From a virus (Duplodnaviria; Caudoviricetes): a stretch of 64,000 nt of DNA. Numbering within the stretch: position 1 is the first letter of the stretch; every line of letters starts with the position of its first letter. The stretch is from positions 115,788 through 179,787 of IMG/VR virus record IMGVR_UViG_3300021400_000027; one strand, written 5' to 3'. Made by a program: the position numbers and the translations under genes. This document shows positions 16,821 through 26,808 of the stretch, one piece after another. Under the pieces are notes generated by a model. That model saw nothing but the letters and a program-made list of their open reading frames with translations, did no database searches and was not told the origin of the DNA.

Positions 16821-16935
16821 ATAAGTGCCGGCACAACATTTGAAGAGGATTTTTCAGAAAATTTTTTGACTTTTTATAAAATTTTTGTTATAATATATAT
16901 AGAAAAGATGAGAAAAACCCAATCTGAAAGGAACG

Positions 16936-17718
16936 GTGCTTATGGTATATAATAAAAGCGAAGTTATGGATTTTGTTAAACGTGCTCTCGGTAAAAATGC
17001 AGATGGCGTTTATTTAAGTCAGACAGAACTGAATGATGGCTGGGAAGACAGTCTCTACAGTGATGAAGACTGCTCCTATGCAGTAAATGAATGGGGAGCA
17101 GACTATGAGTCTTCTCGTGGAATTTCTCGTTTTGTTATTATTCCTAATGACAAAGACTATGTTATTAAACTTCCTATTACTGGCATTTATGAAGCAATTT
17201 CTAGTGACGAAGACGAAGACGAAGACGAAGATGAGGAAGAAGAAGAATATAAAGCTTGCTACAGCGTAATTGCGAAAGCAAATGAAGAGTGCGATGACCC
17301 GTCCGCAGACGAAATTTCTATCTATGAAAATGCTTCTAAATTAGAAAAACAAATTCTTCTGCAAACTATTTATGTTGGTGACTATAACGGCATTCCCGTC
17401 TATGTTCAGCAAAAAATCACTGAAACTCTTGGTCATTCTGACCATGATAATGATGATATTTCTGAGGATAGTCGTAAAATTATCAGAGACACAATTCGTA
17501 AAGCAACTAACGGTGAATGGTGCAGCACTCCTTGTCCTGAAATGTTCGTTCTTGACATTATCAATTTCTATGGTATTAAAAAGGCTCAGGCTATGCTGAA
17601 ATTCCTCTACACTCTTGATGACCTGCACAGTAATAACGTTGGTTACATTGGTAATAGACCAGTAGTAGTTGACTACGGCGGATTCGCAGGTTCAAGTTAC
17701 TTGTGGATTTGGGACTAA
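16936..17718 (+). CDS. protein-kinase-like fold protein
   Basis: GISRFV, YVIKLP, E.IYE, DLHSNN catalytic loop, VVDYG; acidic insert. Confidence 0.65.
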   Translation: MLMVYNKSEVMDFVKRALGKNADGVYLSQTELNDGWEDSLYSDEDCSYAVNEWGADYESSRGISRFVIIPNDKDYVIKLPITGIYEAISSDEDEDEDEDEEEEEYKACYSVIAKANEECDDPSADEISIYENASKLEKQILLQTIYVGDYNGIPVYVQQKITETLGHSDHDNDDISEDSRKIIRDTIRKATNGEWCSTPCPEMFVLDIINFYGIKKAQAMLKFLYTLDDLHSNNVGYIGNRPVVVDYGGFAGSSYLWIWD

Positions 17719-18137
17719 TTTCATAGAAAACAAAGGAAGTTAAAAATTTGAAATTAAAAATAAAATATGCTATAATATATATACAAACTTAAGAAAAGGA
17801 GAAAATCTTATGGATACTTTTTCTATGTATATTCAGTCTGATGAATTTGAACCGACAATCTCTCAGGAAGAGATTGAAGAAGTTCTGCGAGAACTGTATG
17901 AAGAAGAAATGAGAACTGCTCCGAGATGGGAGGATATTTGTGGCTAAGGAAAAGACCCCCTCTTATGATAAAGAGGAAATCAAGAATCGGCGTGAACAGC
18001 GTAATCAGAAAAAGCGTGATAAAAGAAATCAGCCTAAAGATTACGAAAGTAAGCAAAAGAAAGACTATCGGCGTAGAAAACAGCATGATAGTGAAGAATC
18101 CAGATGGAATTATTGATTGAAAAGGAGAGATTTACTA

Positions 18138-19378
18138 ATGGCAAAAAAGGTAATTAAGTGGGGAAATTGGACTGAACTTGAAAAGGCTCTTAATATTAAG
18201 AGCAAGCCTGCTCCTGTACAGAATGCAGTGAAGAAAAAGGCTCAAATTGAGAAGTTTTCTAAGTGTAAAGTATGCGGTGGTCAGATGACCTATGTTAAGG
18301 GCACTAATGCTCTTGTGTGCAATTGTGAAGTCGAAAAGGAAAGAGAAAAATCGGTAACTAATCCTGACGGCTCTGTAACTAAGACCAAGTACAAGGTTAA
18401 AGAACCTTGTGGTAATATCAATCTGGTAGCTGATGAATATCAGTCTTACATGAGATACTTATTTGACTAATGGAGGGAATGTTTATATGAAATATATTTG
18501 TCCTATTTGTGGTAAATCTTATAGCAAACCGGCAGACCTCGCCGCTTGCGTTCAGAAGTGTGCAAATGAAGCTGATAATAAGGAACAGCGTGCAGTTGCT
18601 CTTTACAGCGAAATTAACAAGGCTTATACCAATCTTAAAGGTTTAATTGCAGAGTATAATGCTCTGGGTACTGATACAATCTTTACCTCAACTCTCAACC
18701 ATACGGCAAAAAAGCCGGCAGAAAAGCCTGCAGAAAAGCCAACTTTTATCTTTAAAGGTTATAGCCCTAATTGGTCAACCTTTGACTCTTGGAACATTGG
18801 CGACAGTGACAAGGCTAAACAGATAAAATTCTCAAATAAACTGGATACCGATTCTGAATTTGAGAAATTCCTTAAAGATTCTCTTAAAATTAAAGAACCA
18901 GAATCCAAAGCAACAGACTCAATAGACGATGAAGATGTCGCAGAAATTTTAGCTAATCTGTTTATGGGAATACTTGGGGGTTCTGATGAAATTAAAAAAT
19001 CTTTATAACGTAGAATATATCTATAATATTGACGCTGGCACGGTAACTGCCGTTGCCAGAGTCGAAAGATTTGATAAGAATTTTCTTCGATTTAGGAATT
19101 ATTATTCTTATATTACTGGAAATTATTCTAAATCAAAAACTGTATTTTCTGGCGTTGCAAGATTGAAAGCTGGAGATGAAAATAATCCTGAACTGGCAAA
19201 ACGAATCGCCAGATGTAAGGCTCTACGACAAGCAAATAACTATTATGGGAATTTACTTTTTAAAATGACAGATGGTATTTCTCGCTTAATGCTTGACATG
19301 TCTCGTATGGGAATTGGAACTCTTTGTAGAGCAATGAGTTATGATGAAGAAATAAATAAATTAACGAAAGGAGAGTAA
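18138..19378 (+). other. three hypothetical CDS (Zn-binding 18138-18470; C2H2-like N-terminus 18487-19008; 18986-19378)
   Basis: overlapping operon-like ORFs with RBS. Confidence 0.65.
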
Positions 19379-19616
19379 GAATGGGTACAGCATTAGGTGT
19401 TGCCGCAATTGGCACGGGAGTTCTTACTCTCTTTATTATATTATCCTGTTGTGTCGCCGCAAGTGATGCAGATGATGATATGGAACAGCTAATGAAAGAT
19501 TATAAAGGAGAAGGAAAAGTACCCACACAATCTGAAAATTGACTTTCTAAAAAATTTTTGTTATAATATATATAGAAAATGAAACAGAAACCAGTTATGC
19601 TGAAAGGAGCAAACGT

Positions 19617-20309
19617 ATGGTAATTATGGCTTTATTATCCAACAAATCCGTATCTAACGCCGCTGATGCTTTCAACTTAATGAAAGAGCGGTCAGTAGAT
19701 TCCGAATTTACTGGCAATTACAACTGCGGTGGCTATGCTCTTGAAACCTATAACTGGTTTCTTCCATTTTTCAACGGGAGCACTTTCTCTGCCTATATGT
19801 GGCGGCAGGTATGTGAGTATAACGGCTGGGATTATGATTATGATTGTCTGGAAAACGGCACTACAGAGGGAGAAGTTATTTTTTCTGATTATGAAGATGA
19901 AATCATTCAGCTTTTGGCAGAAGAAATTCTCGCAAATCCGCAAGACGAAGATGAGGAAGATGAAGACTATGCTTATGACCTCGCTGCTGAATTTTTCTGG
20001 AATGGAGACTTTAATCATCCTGCAGCAGTTGCAGTAGCAATTAAGTTAATGATTCAGAACTTTAATCTTAGACCAATTGAATGTTTTGATGACCTTAATG
20101 AAGATGAGTATGGAATTGCATTTGCAACCCAGACGGGTGGCGGCGATTTTCACTTCTTCAAATATCGTGACGGAATCTTTTCTCACAAGATGGGGAATTG
20201 TTATGTTGAAGAATTTGACGTACCGCCGACACTTGATAACATTAGTAATCTCTTTGCTGGAATGGGCTATGATTCTAATGTCTACCTTTTTGCAAAGAAA
20301 AAACAATAA
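19617..20309 (+). CDS. hypothetical acidic protein (NCGGYAL...HFFK...SHK, possible Cys/His papain-like fold)
   Basis: 230-aa ORF with own promoter; fold is only a motif-level guess. Confidence 0.6.
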   Translation: MVIMALLSNKSVSNAADAFNLMKERSVDSEFTGNYNCGGYALETYNWFLPFFNGSTFSAYMWRQVCEYNGWDYDYDCLENGTTEGEVIFSDYEDEIIQLLAEEILANPQDEDEEDEDYAYDLAAEFFWNGDFNHPAAVAVAIKLMIQNFNLRPIECFDDLNEDEYGIAFATQTGGGDFHFFKYRDGIFSHKMGNCYVEEFDVPPTLDNISNLFAGMGYDSNVYLFAKKKQ

Positions 20310-20671
20310 AATATTTGAAAAATTTTAAAAAAAATGTTATAATATATATAGAAAGTTAAAGAAAAAGATTTAAAAAAAATCGCAAGGAAATGCGTAAGAA
20401 CCTGCTCTATGCTTAGGAATAAGCGTTCCGCCGAGAGCGAAGTGGTGCGGAACATTCAATTCAATTAAAACCTACGAGCCTTGAAAGGAGTTTTGCCTAA
20501 TGGAAAGAAACGTTATTAAGCCTAGCTTCGTAAAAGTCTTTTCTGTAGAAAAGAATGCTCAAAAGTTCGCCAAAGAAAGTGGCGGTAAGGTAGTCGTACG
20601 GTATGAATGGGACGACATGCGGCGAAAAATCGTTCGTCAGTATGTTGTTAAGTATTGAGAGGAGAAAACAT

Positions 20672-21019
20672 ATGAGCTTACTTTATAAAATCACCAACCT
20701 GAAAACCAAAGAGGTTATCACTACTACTGATGACCTCTATGGAACAATGGAAGAACTACTTGATGATGAGTTTGTTGAGGACTTCATCAATGAAATCGGC
20801 GGTAATCTCTCTATCCCTCATTTGGAAGGATATAAAGCCGGCACTATACTTCGTTTTTTAGCAGAAACCGGAGAGTATGAGTTCCAGAATGCTTGGGAGT
20901 CGGCTCAAAAGGATTATCTGGAAAGCTCTTATGAAGCAGTTCAGGACGGTCTTGATTGGGATAAGTATGCAACTTATGAAAACTATCAAATTACTCCGGT
21001 AATAGTAGAGGAGAGTTAA
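20672..21019 (+). CDS. hypothetical protein
   Basis: GAGGAG RBS before ATG 20672. Confidence 0.65.
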   Translation: MSLLYKITNLKTKEVITTTDDLYGTMEELLDDEFVEDFINEIGGNLSIPHLEGYKAGTILRFLAETGEYEFQNAWESAQKDYLESSYEAVQDGLDWDKYATYENYQITPVIVEES

Positions 21020-21032
21020 TCTCCTCATGAAT

Positions 21033-21374
21033 GGGGGCGTACTGGTTTCGACTGGTAATTAAAAATCTTGTAAGCGAGTAGGACGGGTGAAGTCCTTTTA
21101 AGCACAACCTTAAATATAAACGCAGATTATGCAATTGCTGCCTAAGGCAGTCTTGAATTGAACGTTTAATTCGCACTTAATTAACGTTCCTCTAATTTGT
21201 TGTGCCGGCACGGGTAAATTGATTGAAAGCCTACTGCTGTAATTCTCAATCTGACTTAGAACTTGGGGTGTCAGTGACCTAAAGTTTGAACAACAAGTAT
21301 TTATACTGACTACACTCGTAGAAAGCAAGGTCGAGGTTATTAGGACAGGAGTTCGATTCTCCTCGCCTCCACCA
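21033..21374 (+). ncRNA. ssrA: tmRNA
   Basis: 5' GGGGGCG..GGTTTCGAC, 3' GGAC-AGGAG-TTCGATT-CTCCT-CGCCTCC-ACCA with G3:U pair; tag ORF 21122-21145 ADYAIAA*. Confidence 0.92.
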
Positions 21375-21447
21375 ATATAAAAATTTGAAATTAAAGAAAA
21401 TGTATGTTATAATATATATACAAACTTAAGAAAGGAAGAATTGCTTA

Positions 21448-21816
21448 ATGGGATTAGATATGTATTTGTTTGAACGTAAAACTGGTACTGAGTTAATGTA
21501 CTGGCGTAAGGCAAATCAAATTCGGAGATGGTTTGTAGACCACTTAAATGATTTTGACCCCAGCGATAATCTTGGTCAGTATGATGTATCAAGAGAGGTG
21601 CTTCAAGACTTAATTGATGACATTGATTATGTATTGGAGGACGAATCAATCGAAAGGGCAGAAGAAGTAATGCCTACTGGTTCTGGTTTCTTCTTTGGCA
21701 ATACCGAGTATGACGAATATTACTTTGATAGCCTGAGACATACAAGAGAACAAATCCAAGAGATTCTCGATACTACTTCCGAAGAAGATGAAATTTACTA
21801 TACGGAATGGTGGTGA
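21448..21816 (+). CDS. phage hypothetical protein (MGLDMYL...YWRKANQI...GFFFG)
   Basis: 122-aa ORF with promoter. Confidence 0.75.
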   Translation: MGLDMYLFERKTGTELMYWRKANQIRRWFVDHLNDFDPSDNLGQYDVSREVLQDLIDDIDYVLEDESIERAEEVMPTGSGFFFGNTEYDEYYFDSLRHTREQIQEILDTTSEEDEIYYTEWW

Positions 21817-21928
21817 TTCTTAAAAATTTGACCTTTTAAAAAAAATCTGATATAATTATTATAGAAAATGAGGGAAAACCTCAAAAATAAATTTTGACCG
21901 AGCTACGGCTCAGAAAAGGAGAAAGCGT

Positions 21929-22348
21929 ATGACTGCTATTACTATGAAGAACTTCATGAACGCACTGGTTACTGGTGAACTCGTAATCAATGTAAAGGAC
22001 GAGAATGATAAGGTTTCTACAACTTCCGTTTCTATCTTTGATGAAAACGGCAAGTTAATTCCGGAAATCACTGAGTATGCTATGGCTCAGGTTGAGAAGA
22101 TTGAGGAGAAGAATGGTAAGAGAGGCGATAAGCCTACTGCTCGTCAGATTGAAAATGAGGGTTTAAAAGCAAGTTTGCTTGAAACTCTTGAAGTTGGCAA
22201 GGCTTACACCGCAAAAGCTATCGTTGACCTTGAACTCAACGGAATCTCTTCCACCCAGAAAGCTACTGCTTTGATGAAACAGTTGGTGGCTGACGGCAGG
22301 GCTACTGTGGCAGACGGTAAGGTTAAGGAATATACAGTAATCGGCTGA
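21929..22348 (+). CDS. winged-helix DNA-binding protein, paralog of 49643 and 51137 ORFs
   Basis: shared Y.TAK..A....STQKA.AL..QLV..G motif. Confidence 0.7.
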   Translation: MTAITMKNFMNALVTGELVINVKDENDKVSTTSVSIFDENGKLIPEITEYAMAQVEKIEEKNGKRGDKPTARQIENEGLKASLLETLEVGKAYTAKAIVDLELNGISSTQKATALMKQLVADGRATVADGKVKEYTVIG

Positions 22349-22364
22349 GAAAGGAGAAACGCAT

Positions 22365-22960
22365 ATGTCAATGTATGATGAATATGGCGACCCGATTGAA
22401 CTTGACGATTTCTATTCCGCAATTGAACAGGCTTTGAGAAAAAATGGCGTTCCAACCGCAAGTGAGTTAATTGAGAAAGGCTCTAAGCCTTTCCCTAAAC
22501 TCCCTAAAGAGTTTGATGGCAATGATTATGAAGATATTATTCCTGATGGTGATGTTCCGTTTTAATTGAAAGGGGTGCGAATGATAGACAGAATTGTTCT
22601 TATCCGCTATTCAACTGACACTGGTGAGCCGGACACTTTTGAAAAAGTAAGGTTTCCGGCAGGAACTGGAGATAGCGAAATCGACCAGTACTGTTATGAT
22701 GTTGTTTACTATGAATACGCTAATCAAAGATGGTTCGATTGGACTGATATGGAGGAGAATGCCTAATGGAAAAAGTTATTGTTAAATCTGAAATCATCAC
22801 TGGCAATGTTAAAACCTTTAACCGCTACTTCCATGACTGCAGATTGGCGAGAGCCTTTGCTAAAGAACAGGGTACAAAAGTTATCAAGGTAGAAGATAAC
22901 AGAATCGCCGCTGCTAAAGGTAAGTATCTGGTTCAATATCAGAAAGTTGTAAAATCTTGA
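22365..22960 (+). other. three small hypothetical CDS
   Basis: 22365-22565, about 22581-22766, 22766-22960, each with RBS. Confidence 0.6.
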
Positions 22961-22977
22961 CGGCTTAAGTCGTCTTT

Positions 22978-23051
22978 CGCCCCATCGTCTACGTTAGTTA
23001 GGACACGTCCCTCTCAAGGACGAAAAACCGGAGCATCGCCGGTTGGGGTGA
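22978..23051 (+). tRNA. tRNA-Glu(CTC) with atypical T loop
   Basis: CGTCC-CTCTCAA-GGACG; ACCGG-AGCATCG-CCGGT. Confidence 0.8.
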
Positions 23052-23054
23052 TAG

Positions 23055-23500
23055 TCCTAAGAATGACGTTAAAAGTCTTAGAGAATGATTGCACGCTCTT
23101 TACTTAAAGGTTGCCGGAAGTCCCGAGAGAAACTCCTCTATGGCTCGTGGTTAAGAAAAGCCAAATAGTCGCCGGTTTATTCTAACGAATAAATGCCACT
23201 ATTTTAATGACATAATTTGCAAACGAGTTTCCCTCTTGGCACTCGGTGAAGAAAAGTTTGAGGGCGACACCAGATAGTCGTTAAAGATTATGGGGAGGTT
23301 GGTCTAGTTTTACTCCTAAATCCAAATTAGCGGAACTTATTGCCACAGGATAGGCGGCATTAAGCTGGTGTCGAGAGAGAAACAGCTGGGTGTGTCTATG
23401 TCCTTATCATTGACAGCTTAGAACTTACTAAGTGAATTAAAGGCGTTGTGCCGGCAACGATAGAAATTAAGACAACAGCTGGTCTTAGTTTTCCGGTTAA
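23055..23500 (+). ncRNA. candidate large structured ncRNA between two tRNAs
   Basis: no ORF; long-range pairs CCGGAA(23114)/TTCCGG(23491) and GACACCAG/CTGGTGTC; many hairpins. Confidence 0.55.
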
Positions 23501-23503
23501 TAT

Positions 23504-23578
23504 GCGGTGGTCGTTCAATTGGTAGGACAGTAGGCTCCAACCCTACTTATCAGCGTTCAAGTCGTTGCCATCGTGCCA
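23504..23578 (+). tRNA. tRNA-Trp(CCA)
   Basis: GTAGG-CTCCAAC-CCTAC; G73-CCA. Confidence 0.9.
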
Positions 23579-23859
23579 AAGACATCTATACCTCACTTTC
23601 TAAAACACATTCCAATTTTGGAGTGTGTTTTCTTTTTATCAGTTGCTATGGCGTCCCGCCCGGACTCATTTTTTTAAATTATTTTTCTATAAATTTATTT
23701 TACATTGCTCCGCCGCACCAGTTGATTTAGTCCGGACCAGAGCAAGCGTGGCGGCGAAGTAACATCTTTAAGCAAGGTAGGATTCTATAAATAATTTGAA
23801 AGATTTTAAAAAAAATGTTATAATTATTATAGAAAATATGAAAGAGAGGAAAAAATTTA

Positions 23860-24624
23860 ATGGATAGAACTACAATCGGCAATAGAATGAAAGGCTATGA
23901 AGCCATTTCTAAAAATTTCTTAATGAGAAGAACACCTGCTATCGTACGCATTGATGGAAAGAGCTTCCACACCTTTACTCGTGGCTTTGATAAACCGTTT
24001 GATGAAGATTTTATGACCGCCATGCAAGAAACCATGAAGTACCTTTGTGAAAATATTCAGGGTTGTGTTCTCGGTTACACTCAGTCTGATGAAATTACCT
24101 TAGTTCTTTGTGATTACCAGACTCTTGAAACAGACGCTTGGTTCGGCTATAATGTTCAGAAGATGGTTTCTGTTTCTGCTTCAATGGCTACTTTTGCTTT
24201 TACTTCTGCTTTCAGTAAAATTTTAAGAGAAATGTGGGCTTCCAACGATATTTCTTTCGAAGGTAGAATTCAAATGATTGGAGAAAAACTTGAAAAAGGC
24301 GTTTTCTTCGATTCTCGTGCATTTTCTCTGTCTAAAGAAGAAGTTTGTAATTGCTTAATTTGGCGACAGCAGGATGCAACAAGAAACTCCATTCAGGCAG
24401 CTGGTCATGCATATTTCTCTCAAAAAGAACTCCACGGCTTAAATTGCAGTCAAATTCAAGAGAAATTGTTTTCTGAAGCCGGCATTAACTGGAATGACTA
24501 CTCTGTGCCGGAAAAGAGAGGCTCTTGCTGTATCAAAGAAGATGGTAAGTGGGTTCTTGATTACAACATTCCTATCTTTTCTCAGGACAGAAGCTACGTG
24601 AACTCTAGAATTACGTTTGAATGA
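23860..24624 (+). CDS. tRNA(His) guanylyltransferase Thg1-like protein (3'-5' polymerase)
   Basis: RMKGYE, RIDGKSFH, YTQSDEI, FDSR, WRQQDA motifs. Confidence 0.9.
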   Translation: MDRTTIGNRMKGYEAISKNFLMRRTPAIVRIDGKSFHTFTRGFDKPFDEDFMTAMQETMKYLCENIQGCVLGYTQSDEITLVLCDYQTLETDAWFGYNVQKMVSVSASMATFAFTSAFSKILREMWASNDISFEGRIQMIGEKLEKGVFFDSRAFSLSKEEVCNCLIWRQQDATRNSIQAAGHAYFSQKELHGLNCSQIQEKLFSEAGINWNDYSVPEKRGSCCIKEDGKWVLDYNIPIFSQDRSYVNSRITFE

Positions 24625-24773
24625 TTACACTCATCTTAATTGCTATAGTTTGTTGTGCCGCCGTCCTTGATTTTATAGCAAACCAAATTCTCCACCTAAT
24701 TAAAGTCGGATGGAGAGGGGCGGCACAAGAATTATTTGATGAATTTTTTTGAGGTTGTAGAGGAGGAAAACTG

Positions 24774-25221
24774 ATGGGATTCACTTGGATTATTTCTAAT
24801 AAGAAAACTGGCGAAATGAGAACTTTCGAGTGGCATAATGACGGCGTTTTCCAGTCAGATGAGTCAATTGTTGATGAAATTGAAGAATATATCCATCACA
24901 TGATTTCTTATTGTACTTATGATGATGGTGATGATAAGTTCTGGAGAGATTTTGAGCGTACAGATTTTGAATATGAGTGGGAAAGAATTTGGAATTAAGG
25001 AGAAATGAATGGCACTTAAATATAATATGAAAGGCATGGTATTTCAGGTGTGGAAACTGGTAGACAGCATAAAGATGTCGCCTGATGAATATGTGTTCCG
25101 GCACTTAGTAGATGCGGAAAAGAGAAAGGCGGAGTTGGAGAGATTGACGGGGCAGACCTATAAGATTACTTCAATTCCTTTTATCTCGGAAATTTTGGAG
25201 ACTGATGAATATGAGTGGTAA
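24774..25221 (+). other. two small hypothetical CDS (24774-24998, 25009-25221)
   Basis: RBS-bearing ORFs. Confidence 0.6.
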
Positions 25222-25330
25222 GAAAAAAGTAAAACAGAAATACTAAATAATTTGTCTTTTTAAATAAAATTTGCTATAATAAAGAAAATAAAGAATCAAT
25301 AATGATTCTAAATAAATAGGAGGAGTTTTA

Positions 25331-25924
25331 ATGGAAATGAAAAATGTAATGTCTGGTATGTTTGGTTCGGTCAAGAGTGGTCTCTGCCGCCTTACTGTTG
25401 ATGGCAATATCGCTGTAAAGGTTGGTACAGAGTATAAGACCTATAATCCTGTCCAGAAAACTTTCGTCAATTGCGACAGCTTCGTATTCGACATCGGCGA
25501 TGAAATGTTCTTTGTTGTTCCTACAAACGCAATCGTTGCCGGCGACATTATTCTGGTTAATAAAGAACCTCGCTACGTATTGGACGTAAAGGACGACATC
25601 ATTACTGCAATTAACTACAAAAGTGGTACAATTGAAAACATCATGCCGGAACGCCATATGTTTATGGGAAGCACTTACTTTTATGGCAAAATTGTTTCTT
25701 TGTTTGGTAATATGGGCGGTATCGGTGGCGATGGTGCAAATAACGTCCTTAAATACATGATGATGAGTCAGATGATGAAGGGTATGAATGGCGGCGAAAC
25801 ATCTGGTATGAATCCTATGATGCTTATGATGATGATGAATGGTGGAGGTTTCGGTAAAATGTTCGATGGACTCTTTACTGCAACTGCTCCTGACCTTCCG
25901 GCAACTAAAGGAGGTGAATCCTAA
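25331..25924 (+). CDS. hypothetical protein with Met/Gly-rich C-terminus, first gene of vWA/PurA-like operon
   Basis: AGGAGG RBS; translationally coupled to next gene. Confidence 0.75.
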   Translation: MEMKNVMSGMFGSVKSGLCRLTVDGNIAVKVGTEYKTYNPVQKTFVNCDSFVFDIGDEMFFVVPTNAIVAGDIILVNKEPRYVLDVKDDIITAINYKSGTIENIMPERHMFMGSTYFYGKIVSLFGNMGGIGGDGANNVLKYMMMSQMMKGMNGGETSGMNPMMLMMMMNGGGFGKMFDGLFTATAPDLPATKGGES

Positions 25925-26796
25925 TGGGTGCAGGTAGCTGGTCTGAAAAAGATTTTGTATCATATTCTTGTTCTGTTGGACGTTCTGTATTTGATGATGG
26001 TGTTGTCGATTTAAAGACAAATTCTGTCTACCAAAATTTTAAGCAAAGTTATCTTTCTGAAAAACTTAATCCTTATAAGGTAATAAGAGAATGTCGTGAT
26101 AGTGAGGAACACCCTGAAACAATTCCGGTAATCCTTGCTCTTGACGTGACTGGTTCTATGGGACATGAAGCTAATGAGGTTGCGGCAGAACTCAACACAA
26201 TTATGACTGCTCTTTATGAGCAAGTTAAAGATGTCGAGTTTATGATTATGGCAATTGGCGATTTCACTTATGATAGAAGTCCTCTCCAAGTTTCTCAGTT
26301 CGAGTCTGATGTAAGAATTGCTGAACAACTTGACCAAGTGTACTTTGAAGGTGGCGGCGGACCGAATAACTGGGAATCCTACACCAGTGCATGGTTATTT
26401 GGTGCAACTCAAACTGACCTTGACTGTTGGAAGAGGGGTAAGCGTGGCATCATCATTACAATGGGTGATGAGGAACTTAATCCGTGGATTGATGTTGAGG
26501 AATATGTGAAAGCAACTGGTTATACTCCTCAATCTAAAAAAGATTTAAACACAGATGATGTTTGGGAAATGGTGGCTGATAAGTATCAGCTTTTCCACAT
26601 CAACATTGAGCATGGTTTCAGAAGTCCAAACTTGAATAGTTGGAAAAAGCGTCTGGGACTTAACAACGTTTTCTCTTGTAAAACTAAAGACCTTGCTCAA
26701 ATTATTCCTAAAATAATTGTTTCTGCCGCCGGCGACAACGATGAGGTTGAAGTCGAATCGGCAGTAGAAGAAAATCCAAATGAAATTTCTTGGTAA
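25924..26796 (+). CDS. vWA-domain protein
   Basis: MIDAS DVTGSM, EGGGG..ESY, MGDE. Confidence 0.8.
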   Translation: MGAGSWSEKDFVSYSCSVGRSVFDDGVVDLKTNSVYQNFKQSYLSEKLNPYKVIRECRDSEEHPETIPVILALDVTGSMGHEANEVAAELNTIMTALYEQVKDVEFMIMAIGDFTYDRSPLQVSQFESDVRIAEQLDQVYFEGGGGPNNWESYTSAWLFGATQTDLDCWKRGKRGIIITMGDEELNPWIDVEEYVKATGYTPQSKKDLNTDDVWEMVADKYQLFHINIEHGFRSPNLNSWKKRLGLNNVFSCKTKDLAQIIPKIIVSAAGDNDEVEVESAVEENPNEISW

Positions 26797-26808
26797 AGGA
26801 GAATATAA

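Noticed and set aside
23055-23500. RNase P RNA or group I intron
   Set aside because: Only a partial GGAAGTCC match; the paired 3' RNase P consensus and group I core motifs were not found by eye. Left as an unassigned RNA.
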